This document shows positions 19,149-29,016 of a stretch of DNA of 64,000 nt, in pieces. Made by a program: the position numbers and the translations under genes. This stretch comes from a virus. Under the pieces are notes generated by a model. The model made no database searches, was not told the origin of the DNA, and saw only the letters and a list, made by a program, of their open reading frames with translations. The stretch lies in the IMG/VR virus record IMGVR_UViG_3300038393_002515, one strand, 5' to 3'. The first letter of the stretch is position 1; every line of letters begins with the position of its first letter.

Positions 19149-20141
19149 ATGCACCTCCGCGAGCCCTCCACCATCACCCTCCGCGACCTCGACTTCGCCT
19201 GGAAGAACCGCGACCGCGAGTGGACCTCCGACGCCTGCGTCCCCACCGTCGACTTTCCCCAGGCCCCGGGCGTCGAGCCCACCGTCCTCCTCGGCGACCA
19301 CGAGATCACTCTGGACGAGAAGGCCATCGAGCTGCTCTGCGCCTTCTACCAGATCCCCACCGCGTACTTCCGGCGCATCACCCCCGAAGAGCGCCACTAC
19401 GTGATGAACATGCGCATGCAGCACGCCCTGGGCGAGGTGACGATCACCTACGGCGACCAGGGCGTCACCGACGTCCGCAAGCCCACCAAGCCTCGCCTGG
19501 AGGCCGAGGAGTTCGTCCGCATCGCCCACCGGCTCTGCCCGCCCTCCTCCACCGTCCTGGACGCCTGGGTCACCGCCGACGAGCTCCGCCTGGACGTCAT
19601 CTCCCGCGACGTCGAGGACGGCATCCGGGGCGGCCTGCGCTTCTCCCAGAACCGCAAGCAGAACCTGGCGCCGACCGTGGCACCCCTCCTCTTCCACGAG
19701 GACACCACCACGGTGATCGAGATCCCCGACCCCTCCCTCAAGATCGACGCACGCGGCGTCTCCGTCGACAAGATCGGCGAACGCCTGGCCGCCGAAGCCC
19801 TGCGCGCCGACGCCCGCCTGTACAAGGACGCCGAGCACCTGCTGAGCCTGCGCAGTACTTCCATCGCAGGCGACCGCATCATCCGCCTGCACCGCATCGC
19901 CGCCGAGCACAAGATGCCCGTCCGGCCGCTCGCCGACATCACCGTGGCGCTCTCCCGCAACGACGAGCCCACCCTGCTCGACATGGCGCTGGCCATCGCC
20001 AACACCGCGAACAGCCCCAAGATCCTGCAGGACCCCGACAAGCGGAAGCTGCGCGCCACCCTCCAGCACATCGCCGGAGCCGTCGTGGTCGACGAAGCCG
20101 AACGCTGCTCCTCCTGCCACGCCCTCGTCGCCGCCGCCTGA
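19149..20141 (+). CDS. hypothetical protein
   Basis: GAGGAGAA SD; GC3-rich. Confidence 0.6.
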   Translation: MHLREPSTITLRDLDFAWKNRDREWTSDACVPTVDFPQAPGVEPTVLLGDHEITLDEKAIELLCAFYQIPTAYFRRITPEERHYVMNMRMQHALGEVTITYGDQGVTDVRKPTKPRLEAEEFVRIAHRLCPPSSTVLDAWVTADELRLDVISRDVEDGIRGGLRFSQNRKQNLAPTVAPLLFHEDTTTVIEIPDPSLKIDARGVSVDKIGERLAAEALRADARLYKDAEHLLSLRSTSIAGDRIIRLHRIAAEHKMPVRPLADITVALSRNDEPTLLDMALAIANTANSPKILQDPDKRKLRATLQHIAGAVVVDEAERCSSCHALVAAA

Positions 20142-20158
20142 CCGCCACAGGAGAACCC

Positions 20159-20242
20159 GTGTCCGACAACACCCGCCGCACGATCTGCACGATCGCCTGG
20201 CTGGCCTTCTGCGCCTACCTCTTCTGGCTGGACAACCACTGA
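20159..20242 (+). CDS. 27-aa hydrophobic peptide
   Basis: AGGAGAA SD precedes the GTG start. Sequence TICTIAWLAFCAYLFWL; the stop overlaps the next ATG. Confidence 0.35.
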   Translation: MSDNTRRTICTIAWLAFCAYLFWLDNH

Positions 20243-20853
20243 TGACCGAGAACCTGCGCCAGCGCCCCGGCGACCAGCCGCTGCCCACTGAGGGCCAGGA
20301 GAACGTCCAGGACGCCCTGATCGCCCGCATCCTCAGCAGCCCGCGCCTCGGCGCCGGGGCCAACGAGCTGGCCGTCAAGATCATGCAGCGGCGGAAGTTG
20401 GGGGTCGAGCGCTACGGCCGCCCTCTGCAGACCTTCAACGGCCGCGACGCCGTCCAGGACCTGCTCGACGAACTCCTGGACGGCGCCACCTACGCCATGC
20501 AGATCAAGATGGAGCGCGAGGCGACCCAGGCCCGCATCGACGCCGCTCTGGCGGAACACCAGGCCGACTTCACCGGCCAGTGCTACGCCTGCAGGATCGC
20601 CTCGCCCTGCCCCACCCGCCGAATCCTCACCGGCCAGCAGACGGCCGGGCCCATCACCGTCACCCGAGTCGACCCGGTGCAGGAGATCGTCTGCTCGCCG
20701 GACGCTATCGACTTCGTACGCGAGCGCTTCCAGATCACCGAGGCTCAGACCGGCATCCCGGACGTCGGCGAGTACATGGGCCTGCCCGTCTACGTGGACG
20801 ACGTGCTCCCGCCGCGCACTGTCCGTCTGCGCCCCAGCACCCCCAAGCAGTAG
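20242..20853 (+). CDS. hypothetical protein
   Basis: TGATG coupling; GC3-rich. Confidence 0.55.
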   Translation: MTENLRQRPGDQPLPTEGQENVQDALIARILSSPRLGAGANELAVKIMQRRKLGVERYGRPLQTFNGRDAVQDLLDELLDGATYAMQIKMEREATQARIDAALAEHQADFTGQCYACRIASPCPTRRILTGQQTAGPITVTRVDPVQEIVCSPDAIDFVRERFQITEAQTGIPDVGEYMGLPVYVDDVLPPRTVRLRPSTPKQ

Positions 20854-20883
20854 CCGCCCCCTCCTGCCGCCAGAGGAGCCCCC

Positions 20884-21459
20884 ATGCCTGTCCCCAACCG
20901 CTTCGGCGCCAATGAGCCGCTGGACCTTCGCGGGTCCAAGCTGCGCCGCGACTACGCCGACTACCCGACCCCGGCCGCCCCCGGCGGCCTGATCCTGCCG
21001 CCGGGCGTGCAGTCCTCCAGCCCGTTCGGGCCCGCCGTCGACCGCGACCGCTTCGACAAGGAGTACGGCGGCGTCTACCAGCGCCAGGAGATGGCCCAGG
21101 GCGACATCCACGACAGCGAGATCCTCGCCCTCGAAGCGATCTTCAAGGACATGCAGGACCGCTACGGCGCCCGCGCCTTCAACGTCGAGGAGTTCGAGCG
21201 CGAGGCCAAGGACCGCTGCCACGACCAGCTCGGCCTCGCCATCGACATCCGCTGGAAGGCCCTCGCCGACGGCACCGGCCGCCTCATCGAAGGCGCTGCC
21301 AGCCCTGAGATCGAGATCGTCGGCCGCGTCGAGAAGAAGGACCGCAAGGCCTTCGACCACGACCAGAAGGTCTTCGAGGTCACCCACGACATCGCCGACC
21401 TCGGCACCCAGGGCGTCATCGCCTCCAGCGAGCCCGCGCGCGGAGAGCACACCCACTGA
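20884..21459 (+). CDS. hypothetical protein
   Basis: GAGGAG SD; GC3-rich. Confidence 0.55.
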   Translation: MPVPNRFGANEPLDLRGSKLRRDYADYPTPAAPGGLILPPGVQSSSPFGPAVDRDRFDKEYGGVYQRQEMAQGDIHDSEILALEAIFKDMQDRYGARAFNVEEFEREAKDRCHDQLGLAIDIRWKALADGTGRLIEGAASPEIEIVGRVEKKDRKAFDHDQKVFEVTHDIADLGTQGVIASSEPARGEHTH

Positions 21460-21710
21460 TGAGCCGCCTCCACGAATGGGACGACGACAGCGTCACCGTC
21501 GCCGTCATCCCGCAGACCTGCGGAAACTGCGGCGGCCGCACCGACCGCGTCCGCATGTCCCTGGAGGTCCTCATCTCCAGCGGCGCCGACTTCATGGGCA
21601 TCCGCACCGTCGCCGAGACCCCCTGCTGCGGCGGCAAGCGCAACGCCGCCTACCCGGCCGAGCGACTGGCCGCGCTCCTGGACCACCTGAAGCACTGCTC
21701 CAAACACTGA
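21459..21710 (+). CDS. hypothetical Cys-rich protein
   Basis: TGATG coupling; CGNCGG and CCGG motifs. Confidence 0.5.
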   Translation: MSRLHEWDDDSVTVAVIPQTCGNCGGRTDRVRMSLEVLISSGADFMGIRTVAETPCCGGKRNAAYPAERLAALLDHLKHCSKH

Positions 21711-21760
21711 GAAAACCGCATTTCCGCATATCCGTTGAGCCGCTGAAGGGGAACCCATCC

Positions 21761-22066
21761 ATGCTGGAGCTCATGGACCTGTCTGGCGCTGAGCGCTGGA
21801 TCCACAGCTACGTCTCACGTGGCATCCGCCACGGCTGGGACTACAAGGACGACACCTTCTTCGTCGTCCTGCAGGTCAAGCTGGACCTCGGCAGCGCCGA
21901 GGACTTCCGGCCCATGTCGGTCGGCCTGGACGTGGTCGCCTTCCCCAACGGCAGTGGGAGCCCCCTCACGGTCCGCTCCACGCTTCAGGAGCTGTCCAAG
22001 CAGAAGTTCTTCGAGGCGGGCATCGAGGTCGCCCAGGCTCTCGTGAAGGCCATTCCGGCCGACTGA
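21761..22066 (+). CDS. hypothetical protein
   Basis: ATG 21761 after GAAGGGGAA; GC3-rich. Confidence 0.55.
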   Translation: MLELMDLSGAERWIHSYVSRGIRHGWDYKDDTFFVVLQVKLDLGSAEDFRPMSVGLDVVAFPNGSGSPLTVRSTLQELSKQKFFEAGIEVAQALVKAIPAD

Positions 22067-22075
22067 CTCAGAGCC

Positions 22076-22113
22076 CGAGGCCCCTCCCCGACGAGAACCG
22101 GGGAGGGGCCTCG
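22076..22113. terminator. bidirectional hairpin terminator
   Basis: 14-bp stem CGAGGCCCCTCCCC/GGGGAGGGGCCTCG between convergent genes. Confidence 0.65.
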
Positions 22114-22125
22114 CTGTGCCCAAGG

Positions 22126-22329
22126 TCAGCCCGTGGTGATCTCGGCGGACTTCACGTACAGGAGCACGGACGTCTCCTCGTCCTTCTCCGGGTCCTGGAA
22201 GTAGACCTCGTGCCCCTCCCACTCCTCGGCGAGGTGCACCGCCAGGGACTCGTACTCCTTCAGTCGCGGCCCGTCGCTGTACTCGACCTCGAAGGTCATC
22301 GTCAGCGTGGGGTTCTTCTTCTTCGCCAT
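22126..22329 (-). CDS. small acidic protein (67 aa), lone minus-strand gene
   Basis: GAGGAG SD precedes ATG at 22329 (MAKKKNPTLTMTFEVEY...). Confidence 0.55.
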   Translation of the reverse strand: MAKKKNPTLTMTFEVEYSDGPRLKEYESLAVHLAEEWEGHEVYFQDPEKDEETSVLLYVKSAEITTG

Positions 22330-22643
22330 CTCGGGCTCCTCAACTCGCGTTCCTGCAAGGAGGGTTGGCCAACCCGGTGAGACCACAGTAGGCCAGCAAA
22401 GTCCCAGTTCAAAGCTTCGTCGTGGCGGCTCAGGAGAGGCTTGGGAAGCCCGATTCGGCCTTCCGGCGGCCCAGACGGCGCCGGAAGGGGTGCCGGGTGC
22501 TGCCGGGGAGTGCGTCCGGGGGTCGCGGAGGGTGTGCGAAGGCCAAAAACGCCACCCGCACTTCATTTATAACGGTCAGGTAACGGTTGTCTGCTGCTGT
22601 GCAAAGCCGCTCCGGCGCCCGAAGGGGCGAGGAGGGCACCGCC

Positions 22644-24839
22644 ATGAGCAGCAAGTTCGAGGACACATCCCCGCTGGCCAGCTTCGACCCGCTGGCCATC
22701 CACCAGCTGTACCTGGGGCTGGAGGTCCCCGACCCGATCACGTTCGTGGTCTCGCCGAAGTACCTGAACCGGCCGAACCTCTACCCCCGCCAGGCCACCC
22801 TCCTGAAGGTGTTCTTCCTGCGTGAGGACCTGTTCACCGCGTACGACTACAGGGTCGTCGCCGAGTGGGACGAGGCCTACCGCACCGCCAAGAGCGCCAA
22901 CGAGCAGCGCGCCGCCCGCGCCGCCGCGCTCGCCGAAACCCCCGAGGACGCGCTGGCGGCCGAGATCGACGGCATCATGACCGACGCCCTCGACGAGATC
23001 GCCGCGCAGGCCCTGCTGGAGGGCAACGAGGACGCCCCCAAGATGCCACTGTCCGGCAGCCCGGACCTCCTCGGCCGGATGCGCGCCTGCAAGGCCCTCG
23101 GCTACCGGTGGTTCAAGGAGATCCTCCTGGTGATGGGCCGCCGTGCAGGCAAGGGCCACATCTCCGCTATCGCCATGGCCTACGTCCTGTGGTGCTACAT
23201 GGCCAAGGGAGACCCCCAGGAGTTCTACGGCGTCGACCGCGACAAGAAGCTCGCCGTCCTGATCTTCGCGGGCAAGCGTGACCAGGCCAAGCAGAACCTG
23301 TGGCGCGACCTCGTCAACGTCGTCACCGGCGGCCCCTGCTTCGCCCCCTACATCGCCGACAGCCTCGGCGAGAAGCTGAGCGTCTACGCCCCCAACGACT
23401 TCATCCGCATGGACGAGATGCGCAAACGCGGCATCAAGACCGCTATGGACATGGCCACCTTCCACATCCTGCCGAAGGAGTCCACCGTCATGGCAGGCCG
23501 TGGCCCGGCCTCCATGATCCTCGGCTTCGACGAGATGGCCCACGTCGTCAACAGCGGCGCCAACCGCTCCGCCGGAGAGGTCTACGACGCCTCCACCCCC
23601 TCCCTCGACCAGTTCGGCAAGGACGGCTTCATCGTCGAACCCTCCAGCCCCTGGGAGATGAGCGGCAAGTTCTACGAGAACTGGCTGCGCGCCACCGAGT
23701 ACGAGCCCGACGGCACCCCCGTCTACCCGTCCGTCATGATGATCCAGCTGCCCAGCTGGGACGTCTACCTCGACTGGCAGATCGCCCACGAACTCCCCCT
23801 CTTCCCCGAAGGCTTCACCGGCGACAACGGGGAGTACACCGACTGTGAGCTGCCGAACTTCCAGCCGCTCAAGGGCGCCATCCAGAACTACGACGAAGAG
23901 ATGCGCAAGCTGGAGAAGGCCGACCCCGACACCTTCGCCGTCGAGCGCCGCGCCCAGTGGGCCACCGTCCTGGACGCCTACCTCAACCCAGACAAGGTCG
24001 AGGCCGTCTTCGGCCCCTGGCACGAGCGCCCCGAACGCTACGGCGGCAAGCTGATCCTGCCCACCACCCAGGGCATCCTCGCCTACACCTACAAGGGCCA
24101 CGCCGACCCAAGCTCGGTCAACTGCCGCTTCGGCGTTGCCATCGCCCACACCGAGACCGACGACGAGGGCCGCCCGCACGTCGTCTTCGACAAGATCCAC
24201 TACTTCGACCCGGCCGACTTCCCGGGCCACACCATCGACTACGAAGAGGTCGAGGACTGGATCTGGGACGACATGATCGTCCCCTACATGCCCGAGGACT
24301 TCACCTTCGACCAGTACCAGAGCGTCGGCTCCATCCAAAAACTGGTCAAGAGAGTCGCCCGCACCCGCATGCCGAAACCGGTCAACATCTGGGAGCGCAC
24401 CGCCACCAACCAGATCAACTGGAAGTACGCAGAGACCTTCAAAGCCGCGATCAACATGGGCCTCGTCCACGCACCCGAGCACGACGAAGGCATGCTGGAA
24501 CTGAAGTTCCTCCAGAAGCCGCCCGGCATCAACCGTGTCGATCACCCCACCGTCGGCCCCGTCCAGACCAAGGACATCGCCGATGCGATCATGATCACAA
24601 CGTACGCCCTGATCGGCGACTGGATCGAGGGCTACAAGGAGATGCTCAACGCCGCCCAGCCCACCGGCGCCATGCAAGGAGGCCTCCACGGCTCCAGCGC
24701 CCGCACACCCGACATGGCCGCCCCCGACTACGACATGCAGGCCCGCCTGGACGCCCTGCGCTCCTTCACACGGACCCGTACAGGACGCCACGGCTGGGAG
24801 CAAGGGCTGGGCCGCACAAGGTCCGGATATCGCCGTTGA
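22644..24839 (+). CDS. terL: terminase large subunit
   Basis: Walker A GRRAGKGH, LIFAGKRDQA and Walker B ILGFDEMAHV, followed by a C-terminal nuclease-like region. Confidence 0.8.
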   Translation: MSSKFEDTSPLASFDPLAIHQLYLGLEVPDPITFVVSPKYLNRPNLYPRQATLLKVFFLREDLFTAYDYRVVAEWDEAYRTAKSANEQRAARAAALAETPEDALAAEIDGIMTDALDEIAAQALLEGNEDAPKMPLSGSPDLLGRMRACKALGYRWFKEILLVMGRRAGKGHISAIAMAYVLWCYMAKGDPQEFYGVDRDKKLAVLIFAGKRDQAKQNLWRDLVNVVTGGPCFAPYIADSLGEKLSVYAPNDFIRMDEMRKRGIKTAMDMATFHILPKESTVMAGRGPASMILGFDEMAHVVNSGANRSAGEVYDASTPSLDQFGKDGFIVEPSSPWEMSGKFYENWLRATEYEPDGTPVYPSVMMIQLPSWDVYLDWQIAHELPLFPEGFTGDNGEYTDCELPNFQPLKGAIQNYDEEMRKLEKADPDTFAVERRAQWATVLDAYLNPDKVEAVFGPWHERPERYGGKLILPTTQGILAYTYKGHADPSSVNCRFGVAIAHTETDDEGRPHVVFDKIHYFDPADFPGHTIDYEEVEDWIWDDMIVPYMPEDFTFDQYQSVGSIQKLVKRVARTRMPKPVNIWERTATNQINWKYAETFKAAINMGLVHAPEHDEGMLELKFLQKPPGINRVDHPTVGPVQTKDIADAIMITTYALIGDWIEGYKEMLNAAQPTGAMQGGLHGSSARTPDMAAPDYDMQARLDALRSFTRTRTGRHGWEQGLGRTRSGYRR

Positions 24840-25043
24840 GCTGGAATGGCTGCCTTGCCCACGAGGAAAAATCCGTGGCACGATGACGTCGTCTCGTGAA
24901 TATGGACTGCCGGAAATGATCCGGCAGTGTAGCGGGCGTGCCTCGCGCTCCCGGCGTCTGGCCGAACAGGCCGGTCGGGACCAGCGCAGGGTGTGATGGC
25001 GTCTGGCGGGATTGACCATCGCTTAAAACGTCTCACGAGATGA

Positions 25044-25080
25044 GAGAAGCCCCCCGGCAAGGATCCACCGGGGGGCTCTC
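25044..25080 (+). terminator. putative hairpin terminator
   Basis: GAGA(A)GCCCCCCGG...CCGGGGGGCTCTC stem with no clear T-tract. Confidence 0.4.
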
Positions 25081-25137
25081 CCCTTTCCACCCTGTCCTCC
25101 ACTCCTTCACCGACGTGAAGGGCTGGAGGTGCAGGGG

Positions 25138-28100
25138 ATGACGGACATCAGCGCGGCCAGCTTCTTCCGCCAGGCGGCGGCCGATGGCGGGATCGACTTC
25201 GACCACGAAGAGACCGACACCGGCAGCTCGATCTGGCCCACCCGGATCAAGCTCAAGGCCCTGCACCCCGAGACCGGCGAGGAGATGGGCTTCCTCGACT
25301 ACCAGGTGCCCCGCCGCAAGGCCGACAAGATCACCGTCCATGAGCTGAAGACTCACGAGGACTACCGGCGCCAGGGCGTCGGCTCCGCCCTCATGGACGA
25401 GATGCAGCGCCGCCATCCCTCCACCCCCATCGATCACGGCGACCGCACCCCCGCCGGTAAGGCCTGGTGGAAGGGGTACACCGACGGCAAGCGAGTCCAG
25501 CGCGGCCGCACCATGGCCTCCCTCATCGACGCCTCCCACCCCCGCGCCGAGGTCCCGCCCGAGCAGGCAGAGGCCCTCGAACACCCCTCCTTCAGCGAGT
25601 ACCGGCGCCGCTCCCTGGAGCTGGCCAAGAACCCCACCCCCGGCACAGTCGTCTGGCGCGGCGAGACCCGCACCGGCGAGCCACACGACGCCCTGCGCTC
25701 CTCCGGCGTCGGTATGCACTGGACCGTCAACCCCGACTCCGTCCTCGTCCCGCGCCCGCAGCACGAAACCGAGCGCCGCGTCCTGTGGCAGGGACGCATC
25801 GAGAACCCCACCGAGCAGACCATCCCGCGCTCCCACCCCAGCTGGGGCGGCCGCACCGGCCACTCCATGGACCACGAGGCCGAGGTCCGCTTCCAGCCCG
25901 GCAGCAAGGTCCACATCGAGGGCGCCTACGTCTGGCACGGCCAGGGCGACCCCCAGGGCCAGCCCGTCCCCCGCAGGCCCGAGCGAACCCACCCCGGCTG
26001 GAAGTGGCACCCCGTCGGCGAGCACGCCGAGGTCCGCAACCTCGGCCACATCGACTACGGCCAGCACGAGACCCCGGCCAGCGACGCCAAGATGCCGCCC
26101 CTGTGGCACGGTGCCGACCCCCACACCGTGCTGCAGCACGAGCACGACGCGGGCAACCATCACTCCAGCCACCCCGGCGGCACCTACGACGACATCGACT
26201 GGGACGCCCCCGACGAGCACGTGGACGGCCACAGCGCCGCCGTCATGACCGACATGGCCCTCAAGGACGGCTACATCAAGCCCCACGAGCTCAGCCACGA
26301 GGACGCCTCCGAATGGCTGCGCTGGCACCCCGACCGCGCGGGTATCGAACAGCGCCACAGCGGCAAGACGGCCATGCGCCGCACCGCAGCCCTGCAGGAC
26401 GGCGACGACATCCCCTCCGGCCTCCTCAACCCCCACGGCCACCGTGTGAAGGTCAAGGTCGGCGGCCAACGCAACGTCGAGCTGGTGCCCCGCCACGAGG
26501 TCGAGCGCTACGCCAGCCAGGAGACCACCAAGGAGCACACCAAGGAGGTCGGCGAGCGCATCATCCACACCGGCGAGATGGAACCGCTCATCCTGCAGTA
26601 CCACCCCAAGAGCGGAGAGGCCTATCTGGGCGAGGGAAACCACCGCCTGCGCGCCGCCCGCACCCTGCAGATGGACCACGTCCCCGTCCGCGTCACCCGC
26701 AACAACTACGGCCTGGCCGGGCCCGGCGTGAAGGTGCCCCAGGACCATCCCGCCATCGCCGCTGGTGAGCACGTCCCCTACGACATCAAGCCCTCCGACA
26801 TCGGCCTGACCACGGTCCACAAGCCCACCATGTCTGAGGCCGACAAGCACACCGAGCTGCTCAACTACCGCCTCCTCCACGGCGGCAAGACGGCGGCCTA
26901 CACCCACGACCCACTGCCCGAGCAGGTCCGTTCCTGGAAGAACACCCGCTGGGATGTTCCCCACGAGGTCACCAGTTACATCCACCGTGGCCTGACCCTC
27001 CCCCTGACGCCCGAGGACCACGCCTACGTCCACGACGACTCCATCCCCGCTGGACGGCGCGCGGCCCACATCGTCGGCCTCGTCCACGCCCAGGGCGGCC
27101 TCGGACGGCACTGGACGGCCGACCCGGACATCGCAGGTCACTTCTCCCATTCCGGCGTCGGAGAACTGAAGCACCACCCCCACCTGCTCTCCGTCACCCT
27201 GCACGCGCACCCGCCCGCGCCCGAGCACATCGAGCACGATCCCGTCGAACTCGGCCGCATGGGAGTGCAGGGCCAGTCCGTCGAGAGCGAAGTCCCCCTC
27301 AAGGCCAGCTCTCCCGTGCGCCTGTTCGGCGTGTCCTGGCGCAACAGCCGCGACTTCGAGCAGCGCGGCCACTACCGGGCAGCCCCAGGAGCCAAGGGCA
27401 TCACCCGCAACGCATCGTCCGAGAAGCCCTGTCCCTGCTGCGGCGGCACCGGCGAGCACAGCACCGGCTTCGAGTGCTACCACTGCGACGGCGGCCTCAC
27501 AGTCCCTGTCAACAGTTCGGGTGATGCCACTTGCGACGGCACCTTGCCTGACGGCGGCCACAAGAGGATGGCGCGCGAGCTTGGTGTCTACGGGCCCCCT
27601 GACCGCTGGTATCACGCTTCACGGGAGAACCTGGATGAAGACGGATTTGAGGAGGGACACGTCAAGCCGGGCCATGACGAGGAATACGGCAAGCACTGGA
27701 ACAGCCACCTCGGCATCCACCTGACCTCGCACCACCCGACGGCGGTGGAACTCGCCGAGGGGATGTACGGCACCGTTCACCACGTCAGTCTGAACTCCAG
27801 CAACCCGCGCCACTACCCCTCCGAGCACGACCTGACCCACGACGTTCACTCGTGGGCCAGCAAGCACCCGGACTTTCGGCGCGACATGCCTGCCCCTGAC
27901 CACTCTCTGCCCGCCACTGAGGCGGCCGAGACGATGCTGCGCCACCACCCTCGCATCGCCGAACTCGCCCAGGGATTCCGTCAGCATCTGCGCAACCAGG
28001 GCCACGACGCCATCACCTATGGCAACGAGTACGAGGGGCCGCACGGTCATCTGTGCGCTATCGCTCTGAGCCCGCACGACGCACGGATAGACGGGGCTCA

Positions 28101-29016
28101 CAGCTGGGACGACGACGAGGAATGCGGGCACCTTGATGCGCTCCCCCCTCGCCACGCCTCCGTCGACACCCCCGTCCCTGACAACACCCGGCCGTACGAG
28201 CATCCCCACGACTGGCTCCCCCGCGATCACTTCTTCGCGCCGGGGGAGAAGGGCCTGGATCCGCGCCTGTTCGATGGCGACCGCATGCACCCCGAGGTCC
28301 GCCAGTACCTGCTGTCGCTGCTCAACGGCTTCTGGGCGCCCCGCTACGGCGACTCCTGGCAGTCCTGGGCCCGCGTCTACCTCGCCGGGTCCGAGGCCAG
28401 CCACTTCTACGGCAACGGCGACCTCGACATCCTGATCGGCATCAACTACGAGGCGCTCAACCAGCACTGCGACGCCTTCTGTGGCGAGCCCTGGAACGAG
28501 ATCGGTGACCGTCTCACCGCCGAGCTCAAGGCGAACCTCAACGACGACCTCCGCATGCTGCCCGGACCGGACGGCAAGGAGACCGGCCCCTGGGAGAACA
28601 CCTGGTTCGTCCTGAGGGACCCCTCTGGCACCGGCGACATCCGCAACATCAAGCCGTACGCCGCCTACGACATCACCGCCGACACCTGGGCCGTCCGCCC
28701 TGTCGAGGTGCCCGACGACTTCGGACCCGAAAAGCTGCCCGAGGCGAACTGGGATGTGGTGGACGCGGTGCGCGCCTTGGTGAAGGCTATTGGGGAACTT
28801 CCCCCCGGCACTCGCGAACGGGAAGGTGCAGCGTTGTACGATTACCTCCACTCCGACAGGTCCGCCGCCTTCGGAGATGAAGGGACCGGCCTCTACGACA
28901 CCGCCAATGTCCGCTGGAAGGCCCTCTCCGCAGCACCAGACGCACCCCTGCAGCAGCTCGTCGACTGGAAGCACGCCCACGGAACCGCCGCCACGGACCG
29001 GGAGACCGCCGCATGA
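25138..29016 (+). CDS. polyvalent multi-domain effector protein 1 (GNAT, two R-S-E ART-like, ParB-like, Zn finger, ART-PolyVal-like, nucleotidyltransferase)
   Basis: RRQGVGSAL; VVWRG..HWTVNP..EAEVRF; YIHRG..HWTADP..VESEV; GEGNHRLRAA; CPCCGGTG; WYHAS..HLTS..YGNEYEG; AGS-x10-DLD. Confidence 0.75.
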   Translation: MTDISAASFFRQAAADGGIDFDHEETDTGSSIWPTRIKLKALHPETGEEMGFLDYQVPRRKADKITVHELKTHEDYRRQGVGSALMDEMQRRHPSTPIDHGDRTPAGKAWWKGYTDGKRVQRGRTMASLIDASHPRAEVPPEQAEALEHPSFSEYRRRSLELAKNPTPGTVVWRGETRTGEPHDALRSSGVGMHWTVNPDSVLVPRPQHETERRVLWQGRIENPTEQTIPRSHPSWGGRTGHSMDHEAEVRFQPGSKVHIEGAYVWHGQGDPQGQPVPRRPERTHPGWKWHPVGEHAEVRNLGHIDYGQHETPASDAKMPPLWHGADPHTVLQHEHDAGNHHSSHPGGTYDDIDWDAPDEHVDGHSAAVMTDMALKDGYIKPHELSHEDASEWLRWHPDRAGIEQRHSGKTAMRRTAALQDGDDIPSGLLNPHGHRVKVKVGGQRNVELVPRHEVERYASQETTKEHTKEVGERIIHTGEMEPLILQYHPKSGEAYLGEGNHRLRAARTLQMDHVPVRVTRNNYGLAGPGVKVPQDHPAIAAGEHVPYDIKPSDIGLTTVHKPTMSEADKHTELLNYRLLHGGKTAAYTHDPLPEQVRSWKNTRWDVPHEVTSYIHRGLTLPLTPEDHAYVHDDSIPAGRRAAHIVGLVHAQGGLGRHWTADPDIAGHFSHSGVGELKHHPHLLSVTLHAHPPAPEHIEHDPVELGRMGVQGQSVESEVPLKASSPVRLFGVSWRNSRDFEQRGHYRAAPGAKGITRNASSEKPCPCCGGTGEHSTGFECYHCDGGLTVPVNSSGDATCDGTLPDGGHKRMARELGVYGPPDRWYHASRENLDEDGFEEGHVKPGHDEEYGKHWNSHLGIHLTSHHPTAVELAEGMYGTVHHVSLNSSNPRHYPSEHDLTHDVHSWASKHPDFRRDMPAPDHSLPATEAAETMLRHHPRIAELAQGFRQHLRNQGHDAITYGNEYEGPHGHLCAIALSPHDARIDGAHSWDDDEECGHLDALPPRHASVDTPVPDNTRPYEHPHDWLPRDHFFAPGEKGLDPRLFDGDRMHPEVRQYLLSLLNGFWAPRYGDSWQSWARVYLAGSEASHFYGNGDLDILIGINYEALNQHCDAFCGEPWNEIGDRLTAELKANLNDDLRMLPGPDGKETGPWENTWFVLRDPSGTGDIRNIKPYAAYDITADTWAVRPVEVPDDFGPEKLPEANWDVVDAVRALVKAIGELPPGTREREGAALYDYLHSDRSAAFGDEGTGLYDTANVRWKALSAAPDAPLQQLVDWKHAHGTAATDRETAA

